Origin: an uncultured delta proteobacterium
GTDB taxonomy: Bacteria; Myxococcota_A; UBA9160; SMWR01
Assembly: GCA_963832165.1 (NCBI GenBank)
Contig: CAWHTE010000007.1
Location: 96,001 to 160,000, forward strand
Direction of reading: 5' to 3'
Length of the DNA: 64,000 nt
Part shown: piece after piece, positions 9,581-19,505 of the stretch
How positions within the stretch are numbered: the stretch's first letter is position 1
Layout: each line of letters begins with the position of its first letter
Program-made: the position numbers and the translations under genes
The notes under the pieces: generated by a model
Databases searched by the model: none
The model's input: only the letters and a program-made list of their open reading frames with translations
Told to the model about the DNA's origin: nothing

Positions 9581-10846
9581 TCAGGCGATCGGGCCGTGTA
9601 CCGATTCGTATTCCCTGCGGTAGTCGGCCCGAGACCGCGTGCGCAGATCGACGTCCCGCGCGCGCGCGCGCAGCGCGCCCACCGTGGCGGCTTCGCGGGG
9701 CACGTGCCGGAACGGATCGAAGCGCAGCCAGCGCAGCGCATTCTCGAACCCGATCTTCGCGATCTCGGAATCGCTGCACTTCGCGAGGGTGAAGTGCTCG
9801 AACAGCTCCTCGGGCGAGCCCGGAAAGCTGCAGTCCGAATGCGGGTAGTCGACCTCGTAGGCGATGTTGTCGATGCCGATCCGGTCGCGCAGCAGCAGGC
9901 CCGACGGATCGCAGATGAAGCAGGCGAGGAAGTGTCGGTGGAACTTCTCGGTCGGCGTGAGACCGCCGAGATCCGATTGCATCCATCGCTGGAGGTGGAA
10001 CTGGCGCTCCATCCGGTCGAGGAAGCCCGGGATCCACGACGTGCCGCCCTCGGAGAGCGCGATCTTGACGTCCGGGTATTTCACGAGCGACTTGCACCAG
10101 AGGAAGTTCGCCGCGCACGCGAGCGAGTTCCAGCACGGCAGCGTGCTCGCGACCTCGATCGGCGTCCGGGACTCGACGGGCATGGTGATGTTGCTCGACG
10201 CGATGTGCACCGCGATCACGACGCCTTCTTCCTGACACGCGGCAAAGAACGGATCCCAGGCGCCGCTGTGGATGCTCGGATGGCCGAAGGTCTCGGGCGC
10301 CTCCGAGAACGCGATCGCAGTGGCGCCCTTGCGCGCCACGCGCCGGACTTCCTGTGCCGAGAGCTCCGGCGACCACAGCGCGCACAGCGGCAGCGGGATG
10401 AAGCGGCCCGGATGGCTGCCGGCCCACTCGTCGATGTGCCAGTCGTTGTAGGCCTGGAGACATGCCAACGCGAGCTCGCGGTCCGCACAGCTCGCGAAGA
10501 AGCTCCCGCTCATGCCCGCGAACGACGGAAAGCACATCGATGCGAGGATCCCGTTCGCGTCCATGTCGCGGACGCGCGCCGCGCTGTCGTAACAGCCCGG
10601 GCGCATCTCGGCGAGCGTCGAGGGATCGTATCCCCACTCCTCGTTCGGCAGCGTCACGACCGCACAGATGAACGGCGTGGCCGCGGCGCCTCCCTCCCAG
10701 ACCCAGGTCTGCGCGCGGCGCTTCGCGTCGTAGACGAAGCGCGGCGCGCGGTCGGCCCACTTCTTCGGGACGTGATTCGCGAATACACTCGGCGGCTCGA
10801 CGATGTGATCGTCGACGCTCACGAGAATCATGTCGTCCAGACGCAT
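9581..10846 (-). CDS. Amidohydrolase family 2
   Basis: VSVDDHIVEP; AYNDWHIDEW; EVDYPHSD. Confidence 0.9.
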   Translation of the reverse strand: MRLDDMILVSVDDHIVEPPSVFANHVPKKWADRAPRFVYDAKRRAQTWVWEGGAAATPFICAVVTLPNEEWGYDPSTLAEMRPGCYDSAARVRDMDANGILASMCFPSFAGMSGSFFASCADRELALACLQAYNDWHIDEWAGSHPGRFIPLPLCALWSPELSAQEVRRVARKGATAIAFSEAPETFGHPSIHSGAWDPFFAACQEEGVVIAVHIASSNITMPVESRTPIEVASTLPCWNSLACAANFLWCKSLVKYPDVKIALSEGGTSWIPGFLDRMERQFHLQRWMQSDLGGLTPTEKFHRHFLACFICDPSGLLLRDRIGIDNIAYEVDYPHSDCSFPGSPEELFEHFTLAKCSDSEIAKIGFENALRWLRFDPFRHVPREAATVGALRARARDVDLRTRSRADYRREYESVHGPIA

Positions 10847-10866
10847 GGTCTGGCAGGAGCCTACCA

Positions 10867-11730
10867 CTACCGACGGTTGGGGTCCTCGACTCCGTAGATC
10901 CGCGCCATCTGCTGCGATACGAGCGCGGTGACCGGCAGCGAGATCTCCGCGTCGCGCGCGAGTGCCAGCACACCCGCGAGATCCTTCTCGGCGATGATCA
11001 TGTGGTTGCGCATGAGCTTCTGCACGGGCTCCGACGTGCGGACCGCCTCGGGCAGCTTGACCCCGCCGAGGTAGTTGACCATCAGCTGCGTGAGCTGGCC
11101 GTTCGCCTGCCCGGCCTCCTCGAGCACCGACTGCGGCAGCCCGATCGCCTTCGCGAGCTGGAACGACTCGAACGCTGCGGCCCACTGGAGATAGGTGATC
11201 AGGTTGATGCAGAACTTGAGCTTCGCGCCGTCGCCGAGTGCGCCGGCGTGGATGATCTTCACCGAATTGCACTCGAACACGGGCCGCACCTTCTCGAGCG
11301 CGTCCGCGTCGCCGCCGACGATGTAGGTGATCTGCTTTGCCTTGGCGCGCTCCGCGCCGCCCGTGACGCACGCGTCGAGCACGGCCACGCCGAGCGGTTT
11401 CGCGGCCTCGGCGATCTCGATCGCGGTGGCGGGCAGGATCGTGCTGTGGATCGCGATCACGGCGCCCGGCTTCGCACCCGCGAGCACGCCGTCGTCGCCA
11501 TACACCACCGCGCGCACGTGTTCGTCGGCCGGTACGCAGATCCCGATCACGTCCGATCGCTCACCGACCTCGCGCGGCGACGACGCGGCGCGCGCTCCGC
11601 CTGCCACGAGCTCCTGCACGGGCTCCGGCGCGAGGTCGTAGACCGTGGTCTCGAATCCCGACGGCGCGAGATGCGCCGCGATCGGCTTGCCTTGGTTCCC
11701 CAACCCGATGAATCCGACGCGAAGCGACAT
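10867..11730 (-). CDS. NAD(P)-dependent oxidoreductase, 3-hydroxyisobutyrate dehydrogenase family (Rv0770-like)
   Basis: GFIGLGNQG; DACVTGG; K-x3-N (KFCIN); EKDL. Confidence 0.88.
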   Translation of the reverse strand: MSLRVGFIGLGNQGKPIAAHLAPSGFETTVYDLAPEPVQELVAGGARAASSPREVGERSDVIGICVPADEHVRAVVYGDDGVLAGAKPGAVIAIHSTILPATAIEIAEAAKPLGVAVLDACVTGGAERAKAKQITYIVGGDADALEKVRPVFECNSVKIIHAGALGDGAKLKFCINLITYLQWAAAFESFQLAKAIGLPQSVLEEAGQANGQLTQLMVNYLGGVKLPEAVRTSEPVQKLMRNHMIIAEKDLAGVLALARDAEISLPVTALVSQQMARIYGVEDPNRR

Positions 11731-11764
11731 CGCACACCTCCGAGCGATTCCACGGTATCACAGC

Positions 11765-11790
11765 TTACATTGCATCCGCTATGTAAATAG
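11765..11790. promoter_or_regulatory. Palindromic operator, copy 1
   Basis: TTACATTGCATCCGCTATGTAAATAG in a divergent intergenic region; 23/26 identical to 17980..18005. Confidence 0.8.
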
Positions 11791-11796
11791 TCTACC

Positions 11797-12576
11797 GTGC
11801 TGCGCGTGCAATCCCCCCGCACAGCGATCGTCACGGGCGCCTCGTCGGGCATCGGCGCCGCGACCGCCGTGGAGCTCGGCCGTGGCGGATGGCGCGTGGC
11901 GATCGGCGCGCGGCGCGTCGATCGGCTCGAGGGCGTGGCCAAGCAGGTCGAGGCCGAAGGCGGTGTGGCACTCGCGAAGCGCCTCGACGTGACCGATCCC
12001 GCATCGGTCGAGGAGTTCTGCACCGCCGTCGAGTCCGCGCTGGGCCCGATCGATCTGCTCGTGAACAACGCGGGGCAGAACATGTCGGCGCTGATCGCGG
12101 AGGCCACGACCGACCAGCTGCGCCTCGACGTCGAGGTGAACCTGCTCGGAGCGATGTACATGACCCGGCGCGTCGTACCGGGCATGATCGAGCGCCGCGT
12201 CGGCGACGTGATCTTCGTGGGCTCCGACGCCGCAATGCGGCCGCGAACGTTCCAGGGCGCCTACAACGCCGCGAAGGCGGGCCTCGAGGCGTTCGCGCGC
12301 GTGCTTGCGATGGAGACCGAGGGCACCGGCGTGCGCTCGATCCTCGTGCGCGTCGGCCCGACCTGGAGCGAGTTCAACAGCCAGATGCCGCACGCGCGCC
12401 TCCCCGAGATCCTGCAGAGCTGGAAGCACTGGGGAATTCTGCGCAGCCTGCACGCGATGCCGTCGGAGAGCGCCGCGCGCGCGATCGTGCGCGCCGTCTC
12501 TGCTCCCGTAGAGGAGTCGTACACCACCGTCATCGAGGTGCAGCCCGGCGGCCGCAGCAAGGAGTACGCGAAGTGA
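11797..12576 (+). CDS. SDR oxidoreductase (Rv0765c-like)
   Basis: TGASSGIG, YNAAK; GDVIFVGSD..R.R...GAY.AAKA and METEGTGVR resemble M. tuberculosis Rv0765c as recalled. Confidence 0.88.
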   Translation: MLRVQSPRTAIVTGASSGIGAATAVELGRGGWRVAIGARRVDRLEGVAKQVEAEGGVALAKRLDVTDPASVEEFCTAVESALGPIDLLVNNAGQNMSALIAEATTDQLRLDVEVNLLGAMYMTRRVVPGMIERRVGDVIFVGSDAAMRPRTFQGAYNAAKAGLEAFARVLAMETEGTGVRSILVRVGPTWSEFNSQMPHARLPEILQSWKHWGILRSLHAMPSESAARAIVRAVSAPVEESYTTVIEVQPGGRSKEYAK

Positions 12577-13328
12577 AGCTCGACGGAATCGAGGGCAAGG
12601 TCGCGATCGTCACGGGAGCGGGCGGCGGGATCGGCGAGGCGTACGCGACGGGGCTCGCAGCGCAAGGCGCCCGGGTAGTCGTCGCCGAGATCAAGAAGGA
12701 GAACGGCGAGCGCGTCGCCGAGGAGATCCGCCAGACCGGCGCCGAGGCGATCTTCGTCGAGGTCGACGTCGGGTCTCCCGCATCGACGCTCGCGCTGGCC
12801 GATCGCACCGTGGAGGCGTTCGGCGGCATCGACTTCCTCGTCAACAACGCCGCGATCTTCGGCGACATGAAGCTCGACTCGCTCCTGCGCGTGGACTGGG
12901 ACTACTACCAGCACTTCATGAACGTCAACATGAACGGCGCGCTCCTGTGCACGCGCGCGTGCTTCCGCTCGATGCGGGAGCGCGGTGGCGGCGCGATCGT
13001 GAATCAGTCCTCGACTGCATCGTGGATGGGCGCGGGCTACTACAGCCTCGCCAAGAACGGCATCAACGGGCTCACCCAGTGCCTCGCGCGCGAGCTCGGC
13101 CCGCAGAAGATCCGCGTGAACGCGATTGCGCCGGGTCCCACGGAGACGAGCGCGCTGCGCAGCACCGCGGGCGATTTCGCGAAGCAGCTCGTCGCGCAGC
13201 TGCCGCTCGCGCGCCTCGGACAGCCCGGAGACATGGTCGACGCGTGTCTCTTCCTGCTCTCCGACGCCGCGTCGTGGATCACGGGCCAGATCGTGAACGT
13301 CGACGGCGGTCAGATCTCCCGCCTCTAG
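12573..13328 (+). CDS. SDR oxidoreductase (Rv0769-like)
   Basis: TGAGGGIG; NNAAIFGDMKLD.LL.V..DYY..FM.VN, GAIVNQSST and SWITGQIVNVDGGQI closely resemble Rv0769 as recalled; GTGA overlap. Confidence 0.9.
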   Translation: MKLDGIEGKVAIVTGAGGGIGEAYATGLAAQGARVVVAEIKKENGERVAEEIRQTGAEAIFVEVDVGSPASTLALADRTVEAFGGIDFLVNNAAIFGDMKLDSLLRVDWDYYQHFMNVNMNGALLCTRACFRSMRERGGGAIVNQSSTASWMGAGYYSLAKNGINGLTQCLARELGPQKIRVNAIAPGPTETSALRSTAGDFAKQLVAQLPLARLGQPGDMVDACLFLLSDAASWITGQIVNVDGGQISRL

Positions 13329-13340
13329 AAAGGAAATGCC

Positions 13341-14819
13341 ATGGCACTCGCTCCGCTCGCACCCGAAACCCGCAACCTGATCGACGGCAAGCTCGCTACT
13401 GCCAGCAACGGCAACACGTTCGAGAACGTGAGCCCCTCCACCGAAGAGGTGCTCGGCACCGTCGCCGACGGCACCAAGGACGACATGCTGCGCGCGGTGA
13501 CCGCGGCGCGGCGCGCGTTCGACGAGACGAGCTGGTCGACCGACCACGCGTTCCGCGCGAAGTGCGTAAAGCAGCTCTACGAAGGGCTCAAGGCCGAGAA
13601 GGAGCAGTTCCGCTCGATCGTCGTGCACGAAGCGGGCGCGCCCGTGACGCTCACGAGCTACATGCACATCGACGATCCGATCGAGATGATGGCCTACTGG
13701 GCCGACAAGGCGGGCTCGTACGTGTACGAGCGGCGCATGAAGGACATCCCGTTCTTCGGGCGTGCGAATGGGCGCATCCTGCGGCGCGAGGCGACCGGCG
13801 TGGTCGGCGCGATCACGCCCTGGAACGTGCCGCTCTACCTGAACATCGCGAAGCTGGGTCCTGCGCTCGCGTCGGGCTGCACGATCGTGCTCAAGCCCGC
13901 GCCCGACACGCCGTGGTCGGCCACTCACATCGGCAAGGTGATCGCCGAGCACACCGAGATCCCGCCCGGCGTCGTCAACATCGTGGCGTCGTCCGACCAC
14001 CTCACGGGCGAGATCCTGTCGTCGGATCCGCGCATCGATCTCGTCACCTTCACTGGCTCGACCGCGACCGGGCGGCGCATCATGGAATGCGCATCGCCCA
14101 CGCTCAAGAAGGTGTTCCTCGAGCTCGGCGGCAAGTCGGCCAACATCGTGCTCGACGACGCCGACTTCGCCGCGGTGCTGCCGATGGGCGCAATGACCTG
14201 CGTGCACGGCGGCCAGGGCTGCGCGATCACCACACGTCTCCTGCTCCCGCGCTCGCGCTACGACGAAGGCCTCGCGATCCTCAAGGCCGCGTTCGAGAAC
14301 TGGAACTACGGCGACCCGACCAACCCGGCCAACCTCCAGGGGCCGCAGGTCTCGAAGCGCCAGCAGCAGCGCGTGCTCGGCTACCTCGAGAAGGGCAGGA
14401 AGGACGGTGCGCGCGTGCTGGTCGGAGGCGGCGCACCCAAGCACTTGTCGAAGGGCTTCTACGTCGAGCCGACCCTTTTCGTGGATGTCGACCCCGATAG
14501 TGCTATCGCGCAAGAAGAGATCTTCGGTCCGGTGCTCTGCGTGATTCCGTACGAGGACGACGACGACGCGGTGCGGATCGCCAACAACTCCGTGTACGGC
14601 CTGTCGGGCGCGGTCAGCTCGGGCAGCGAGGAGCGCGCGCTCGCGGTGGCGCGGCGCATCCGCACCGGCACGATCTCCGTGAACGGCGGGATGTGGTTCA
14701 ACGTCGACTCGCCGTTCGGCGGCTACAAGCAGAGCGGGCTCGGGCGCGAGAACGGCGAGATGGGGTTCGAGGAGTATCTCGAGACCAAGGTGATCGGCTG
14801 CTCGCCGCAGGGCTCGTGA
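13341..14819 (+). CDS. Aldehyde dehydrogenase (Rv0768/AldA-like)
   Basis: ITPWN, FTGST, LELGGKSA, catalytic Cys in HGGQGC, EEIFGP, PFGGYKQSG. Confidence 0.95.
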   Translation: MALAPLAPETRNLIDGKLATASNGNTFENVSPSTEEVLGTVADGTKDDMLRAVTAARRAFDETSWSTDHAFRAKCVKQLYEGLKAEKEQFRSIVVHEAGAPVTLTSYMHIDDPIEMMAYWADKAGSYVYERRMKDIPFFGRANGRILRREATGVVGAITPWNVPLYLNIAKLGPALASGCTIVLKPAPDTPWSATHIGKVIAEHTEIPPGVVNIVASSDHLTGEILSSDPRIDLVTFTGSTATGRRIMECASPTLKKVFLELGGKSANIVLDDADFAAVLPMGAMTCVHGGQGCAITTRLLLPRSRYDEGLAILKAAFENWNYGDPTNPANLQGPQVSKRQQQRVLGYLEKGRKDGARVLVGGGAPKHLSKGFYVEPTLFVDVDPDSAIAQEEIFGPVLCVIPYEDDDDAVRIANNSVYGLSGAVSSGSEERALAVARRIRTGTISVNGGMWFNVDSPFGGYKQSGLGRENGEMGFEEYLETKVIGCSPQGS

Positions 14820-14823
14820 TCGC

Positions 14824-15790
14824 TCAGGCGCTGCTGCCGCGGAACGCGCGCCGGTACGCCTTCGGGCTCGTCCCGACGATCTGCTGAAACTGGACGCGGA
14901 GCGTGGTCGCGGAGTGGAAGCCCGAGAGCGCGGCCACACGCTCGACGGCGTGGCTCGTCGTTTCGAGCAGCTGCTGCGCCCGGCGCACCCGCGCGCGCGT
15001 AACCCAATGCGCCGGCGTCGTTCCCATCTGCTCGCGGAAGCGGCGCGAGAGCGTGCGAGTGCTCATCGCCGCGCGCCGCGCGAGCGCCAGCAGCGAGAGA
15101 TCGCGGCTGCAGGTTCTGATCGATCCAGGTCACGAGCGGCGCCAGCGATTCGCCATCGCTCGGCGGCGGCGGGTGAACGATGAATTGCGCCTGACCGCCC
15201 TCGCGCTCGAGCGCGACCACCGCCATGCGCGCCGTGTTGGCCGCGACGGCGGCCCCGAAGTCGCGGCGGACCAGGTGCAGACACAAGTCGATCCCTGCCG
15301 TGGCGCCCGCCGACGTGAGCAGATTCCCCTCGTCGACGAAGAGGACGTTCGGGTCGACTGAAATCGCGGGATGGCGCCGCGCCAGCTCGTCCGCGACGAG
15401 CCAGTGCGTCGTGGCGCGCTTGCCCGCGAGCAGACCCGTTGCCGCGAGCAGGAAGGCGCCCGAACAGATCGAAGCCAGGCGCGCGCCGCGGTCCGCCGCG
15501 GCGCATAGCGCCTGCACGAGCTTGCGCGGGATCGGCGCACCGACGTCGGCGATGCCGGGAAGGATGATCGTATCGGCGCGCGCGAGCGCCTCCAGGCCAG
15601 CGCGCACCCGGATCTCGAAATCGGCCGTGCGCACCGTGCGCGTCACGCCGCATACCACCAGGCGATACGGCGCGCGGCCATCGGCGAGCCGGGTGCCGCG
15701 AAAGATCTCGGTAGGCGTCGCGAGGTCGAACGGCAGCACGCCGTGCGTCGCCACCACCGCCACCTCGTGCACCGCGGGTCGTCTGGCCAC
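14824..15790 (-). pseudogene. GlxA-family AraC regulator (DJ-1/PfpI + AraC HTH) with +1 frameshift near 15105
   Basis: SICSGAF and TSAGATAGID amidase-like domain in one frame; HTH MSTRTLSRRF...PKAYR in another; deleting one base restores NLQRDLSLLALARRAAMS. Confidence 0.85.
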
Positions 15791-15813
15791 GGCGGGAATC
15801 TATCGGATCGGAT

Positions 15814-15848
15814 TGGCTGGATCCTGTCGAAAGTTGTCATTCCAGCCA
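15814..15848. promoter_or_regulatory. Inverted repeat in the GlxA divergent promoter
   Basis: TGGCTGGA-N19-TCCAGCCA perfect 8-bp arms. Confidence 0.6.
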
Positions 15849-15894
15849 CGCCCGGAGGCGGTACGTTGGCGCCGCCGCCCGCTGGAGGTTCGCG

Positions 15895-16323
15895 ATGGAG
15901 ACGATCACTTCCGAGTTCGCCGTGATGGCCGTGTGGGGCCCCGCGCTGCAGGCGCTCGCCTTCGTGCTCGTGATGTCGCTCGTGCGCGAGCCGGCGCGGC
16001 AGCAGTTCAACGCGATTCTCGTTGCAGGAGCGGGAGCCGCCTATCTGAACGGCGGGCTCGGGTTCTGGGAGTATCCGTTCATTCCCGCGGCCACCGCAGC
16101 GGCGTATCTCGGGCTGCGCTCGTATCGCTGGATCGGTGTCGCGTGGCTGCTGCATACGGGTTGGGACATCGTCCATCATCTCTACGGCGACCCGATCTGG
16201 CCCTGGCAGCCGCTCTCCTCGCTCGGCTGCGCGACCCTCGACTCACTGATCGCGATCTGGTTCCTCGCGGGCGCGCCGTCCGTCTACGCGCTCGCGGGTC
16301 GCCGCCCGCAGCCGGCTCGATGA
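15895..16323 (+). CDS. Integral membrane protein (DUF6010-like)
   Basis: GGAGG RBS; FNAILVAGAGAAYL and WLLHTGWDIVHH motifs; several TM segments. Confidence 0.75.
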   Translation: METITSEFAVMAVWGPALQALAFVLVMSLVREPARQQFNAILVAGAGAAYLNGGLGFWEYPFIPAATAAAYLGLRSYRWIGVAWLLHTGWDIVHHLYGDPIWPWQPLSSLGCATLDSLIAIWFLAGAPSVYALAGRRPQPAR

Positions 16324-16737
16324 TCTGGCGCGCTGCGCTCGCACTCGTCGCCGATGCTCGCGCTCGGCTGCTACCACGTGGGCCAGCTCGTGCACCTCGT
16401 GAGTGCGCGGCGCGACGCGGGCGCTCCCGCGCTCTACACCGAGCGATGCAGCAGCTGCCACGGCGACGCGGGGCGCGGCGACGGTCTCGCGGGACGTTCG
16501 CTCGACCCGCCGCCCCGCGACTTCGCGGACCGCCGCTGGCAGGCTTCGACGACGGACGACCGGATCCGTTTCGTGATCCGCCACGGCGGCGACGCCGCGG
16601 GGCTCAGCGAGAGCATGGCGGCGCACGACGACTTGTCCGACGAGCAGCTCGACGCGCTCGTGGCCTATATCCGGCGCGTTGGTGAGGCGGCCGAGATCAG
16701 TTCGGCTCCGGCAACCCGTACAAGTCGATCGCGTTGA
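16320..16737 (+). CDS. Monoheme c-type cytochrome, probable lipoprotein; apparent +1 frameshift at 16351
   Basis: CSSCH heme motif, PPPRDF, distal Met in SMAA; ATG 16320 overlaps the upstream stop and with one C removed gives MIWRAALALVAMLALGC. Confidence 0.8.
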
Positions 16738-17935
16738 GACCGAAGATGCGCCGCTGCATCGCGTCGGGCAGACCCTCCATCTGCTCGCGCAGCTCGCCGA
16801 CGACGCCCGGGATCTTCGCGTCGGGGTGCGGATAGTCGCTCGCCCAGATGATCCGGTCGGCACCCACGAGCGGGCTCTGCGCGGTGAGCTTGAGCGTGCT
16901 CTCGTCGGGATCGAACGAGATCCAGCACTGGCGCTTGAAGTACTCCGACGGCTTCATCTTGAGCTGCGGCACTTCCCAGCGGAAGATCTCGTAGTGGTGA
17001 TCGAGCCGCTCGAGGATCGGCACGATCCACCCACCGTTCGCCTCGAGGAAGATGCAGCGCAGGCGCGGGAAGCGCTCGAGCACGCCGCCGCAGATCAGCA
17101 TCGTGAGCGCGATCTGCATGTCGAACACGTTGCCGAGCGCCTGGGTGAAGAAGATGTTCTTGTTGCCGTAGGTGCCGTCGGCGATGCTGTCGATGTCGGC
17201 AGTCATCTCCATGATCGACTTCGCGCCGGGCGCGAGGAACTCGTTCAGGCCGAGCTGGCGCACGGCACCGGGCATGTCGGGCATCAGATAGGGATGGAAG
17301 CCGACCGCGAGGTCGAGATCCTGGAGCGCGGCCCACAGCCGGTCGTAGGATCCGTCGCAGAACCATTGGCCTTCCTGGTTCGGGTTCGGGCGCAGGAACA
17401 CCCCGACGTGTCCGAGCTTGCGCGCGTCCTCGACGACGCGGATGCAGCGCTCGATATCGGTCTGCGGCGCGGCCGCGATGCCGAACAGGCGCGTGGGAGC
17501 CTCGTTGCAGTAGTCGGCGACCCAGCGGTTGTACGCGCGCGCCTGGGCCTCGGCGAAATCGAGGTCGGGGCGGCTCGAGATGCCGAGGAACTGCGTCGGA
17601 TAGACGACCGCCTGCTCGATGTCGTCCTGCGCCATCTCGACGAGGCGTCGCGCAGGGTCGAACGCGCCCGAGCGGATGTCCGAATAACGCATCTCGCCCT
17701 TGAGCACGCGCGTGCGCTCTTCCAGCGTCATGCCGCCGGCGCCCGCGAGCGCCATGCGGTTCGCGTACATCTTGAGGTCGTCGTAGTAACACCACTCGAC
17801 GCCCTTCGCGTCGGTCTCGACGTGGAAGCAGCGCTTCTTGTAGCGCTCGGGCATGTAGTCGAGCATCGCCGTGGGGTGCTCGAGGACGTGGCCGTCGGCG
17901 TCGACGATGCGCGGGCGGGGCGAGGACGCGGGCAT
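16697..17935 (-). CDS. Amidohydrolase family 2
   Basis: VDADGHVLE; WASDYPHPD; AGGAGG RBS. Confidence 0.9.
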   Translation of the reverse strand: MPASSPRPRIVDADGHVLEHPTAMLDYMPERYKKRCFHVETDAKGVEWCYYDDLKMYANRMALAGAGGMTLEERTRVLKGEMRYSDIRSGAFDPARRLVEMAQDDIEQAVVYPTQFLGISSRPDLDFAEAQARAYNRWVADYCNEAPTRLFGIAAAPQTDIERCIRVVEDARKLGHVGVFLRPNPNQEGQWFCDGSYDRLWAALQDLDLAVGFHPYLMPDMPGAVRQLGLNEFLAPGAKSIMEMTADIDSIADGTYGNKNIFFTQALGNVFDMQIALTMLICGGVLERFPRLRCIFLEANGGWIVPILERLDHHYEIFRWEVPQLKMKPSEYFKRQCWISFDPDESTLKLTAQSPLVGADRIIWASDYPHPDAKIPGVVGELREQMEGLPDAMQRRIFGLNAIDLYGLPEPN

Positions 17936-17979
17936 GGGGGGACCTCCTGGGCGTCGGACACCCGACGACGCTATCCCAT

Positions 17980-18005
17980 TTACATTGCATCTGCAATGGA
18001 AATAG
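17980..18005. promoter_or_regulatory. Palindromic operator, copy 2
   Basis: TTACATTGCATCTGCAATGGAAATAG with core CATTGCA-TC-TGCAATG in a divergent intergenic region. Confidence 0.8.
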
Positions 18006-18034
18006 CGTTACCCTCCGTCCCAAAGGAGCGAACC

Positions 18035-19130
18035 ATGGCGAACCCCCAGGAGAGACCGCTGCGCGTGATCCAATGGTCGACCGGGAATGCGGGCAAGAAC
18101 GCGGTGCGCGGCATCGTGCGCCACCCCGACCTCGAGCTCGTGGGACTGCACGCGCACTCGAAGGAGAAGCAGGGCGTCGATGCCGCCGAGCTGTGCGGCC
18201 TGCCGAGCCCGACCGGCGTGCGCGCGACGAACGACGTCGACGCGCTGCTCGCGCTCGACGCCGACTGCGTCTGCTACATGGCGCAGGGCGAGACGCGGAT
18301 CCGCGAGACGATCGACGATCTCACGCGGATTCTGCGATCGGGCAAGAACGTCGTGAACACGTCGCTCGTGTCGCTCTGCTACCCCGTCGTTCTCTCCGAA
18401 GCTGCGCGACGCGCTGCAGAAGGCCTGCGAAGAGGGCGGCACCACCTTCTTCACCTCGGGCTTCGATCCGGGCTGGTCCGGCGACGTGATTCCGCTCGCA
18501 CTCGCGTCGACCTGCGAGCGCGTGGACTCGATCCGCGTCACCGAGTGCATGGACTACTCGACCTACGAAGACCCGGGGTTCACGGGCGTGTTCTTCGGCT
18601 ACGGACGTCCGCTCGACTACGACGCTCCCCTGCTGCGGCCCGGCATGCTCAAGGGCGGCTGGGGCTGCATGGTGCTCATGCTCGCCGATGCGCTCGGCGT
18701 CTCGCTCGACGAGATCCGCGAAGAGCACGAGCGGCTGCCCGCGCCCGAGACGTTCGAGACGCGCATGGGCAAGATCGAGAAAGGCACCTGCGCGGGCGTG
18801 CGCTTCGAGGTGCAGGGGATCGTCGATGGCAAGCCCGCGCTCGTGGCCGCGCACGTGAATCGGCTGCGCCAGGACATCGGGCCCGACTGGGAGCGCCTCT
18901 CGGGCAAGCGCCACTCGGGTTACAAGATCGCCGTGAAGGGCTCGCCGTCGCTCTACTGCGAGATCGAGCCGGTGGGCGAAGACGGCGACCACAACACGGC
19001 GGGGATCCTCGGCACCGCGATGCGCGTGGTGAACGCGATTCCGGCGGTGTGCGCGCATGCGCCCGGCGTCGTCTCGACGCTCGACCTCCCGATCTTCTCG
19101 GCGCGCGGAATCGGGGGCCGCGTGCGCTGA
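18035..19130 (+). pseudogene. DapB-like / 2,4-diaminopentanoate dehydrogenase-like NAD(P)H oxidoreductase with +1 frameshift at 18382-18385
   Basis: AAGGAG RBS; RVIQWSTGNAG Rossmann start; removing one C from TACCCCG joins CYP to SFSPKLRDALQKACEEGGTTFFTSGFDPGW; C-terminus TAMRVVNAIPAVC. Confidence 0.85.
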
Positions 19131-19133
19131 GGA

Positions 19134-19238
19134 TCAGTGAAGAGGGAAGAACGCGAAGATCGAACCAACCATGAACAGGCAGACGACCGCGGCCCGGAAG
19201 CCGAGATGAACGATCTCGATCACCTCTATGCGATCCAT
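19134..19238 (-). CDS. 34-aa single-TM small protein
   Basis: GGAGG RBS; MDRIEVIEIVHLGFRAAVVCLFMVGSIFAFFPLH. Confidence 0.5.
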   Translation of the reverse strand: MDRIEVIEIVHLGFRAAVVCLFMVGSIFAFFPLH

Positions 19239-19286
19239 GATTCGCCCTCCAATGGGGGCAGTTTCGGCGGTCCCAGGCGCAGTCCC

Positions 19287-19302
19287 TGTGAAGCCCTTCA
19301 CA
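19287..19302. promoter_or_regulatory. CRP/FNR-family binding site
   Basis: Exact TGTGA-N6-TCACA (TGTGAAGCCCTTCACA). Confidence 0.7.
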
Positions 19303-19505
19303 CGCCCCGAAAGATTTCCAAACGGGGGGTGGAAGCGGCACTCGCCAGCGCGCAAGCGGAGTCCGGGGCGCGCAGCCGAACAGTAGACCGGATCAGCGCA
19401 GAGCGCACGCGTACCCCTGGCCTGGGGACCGGGATTCCCGTGTCAGGACAAGGGGTTCGCCGCTCCTGCTTCGGCTGATCGCCACTCGGTTTCGGAGGGA
19501 TCTCC

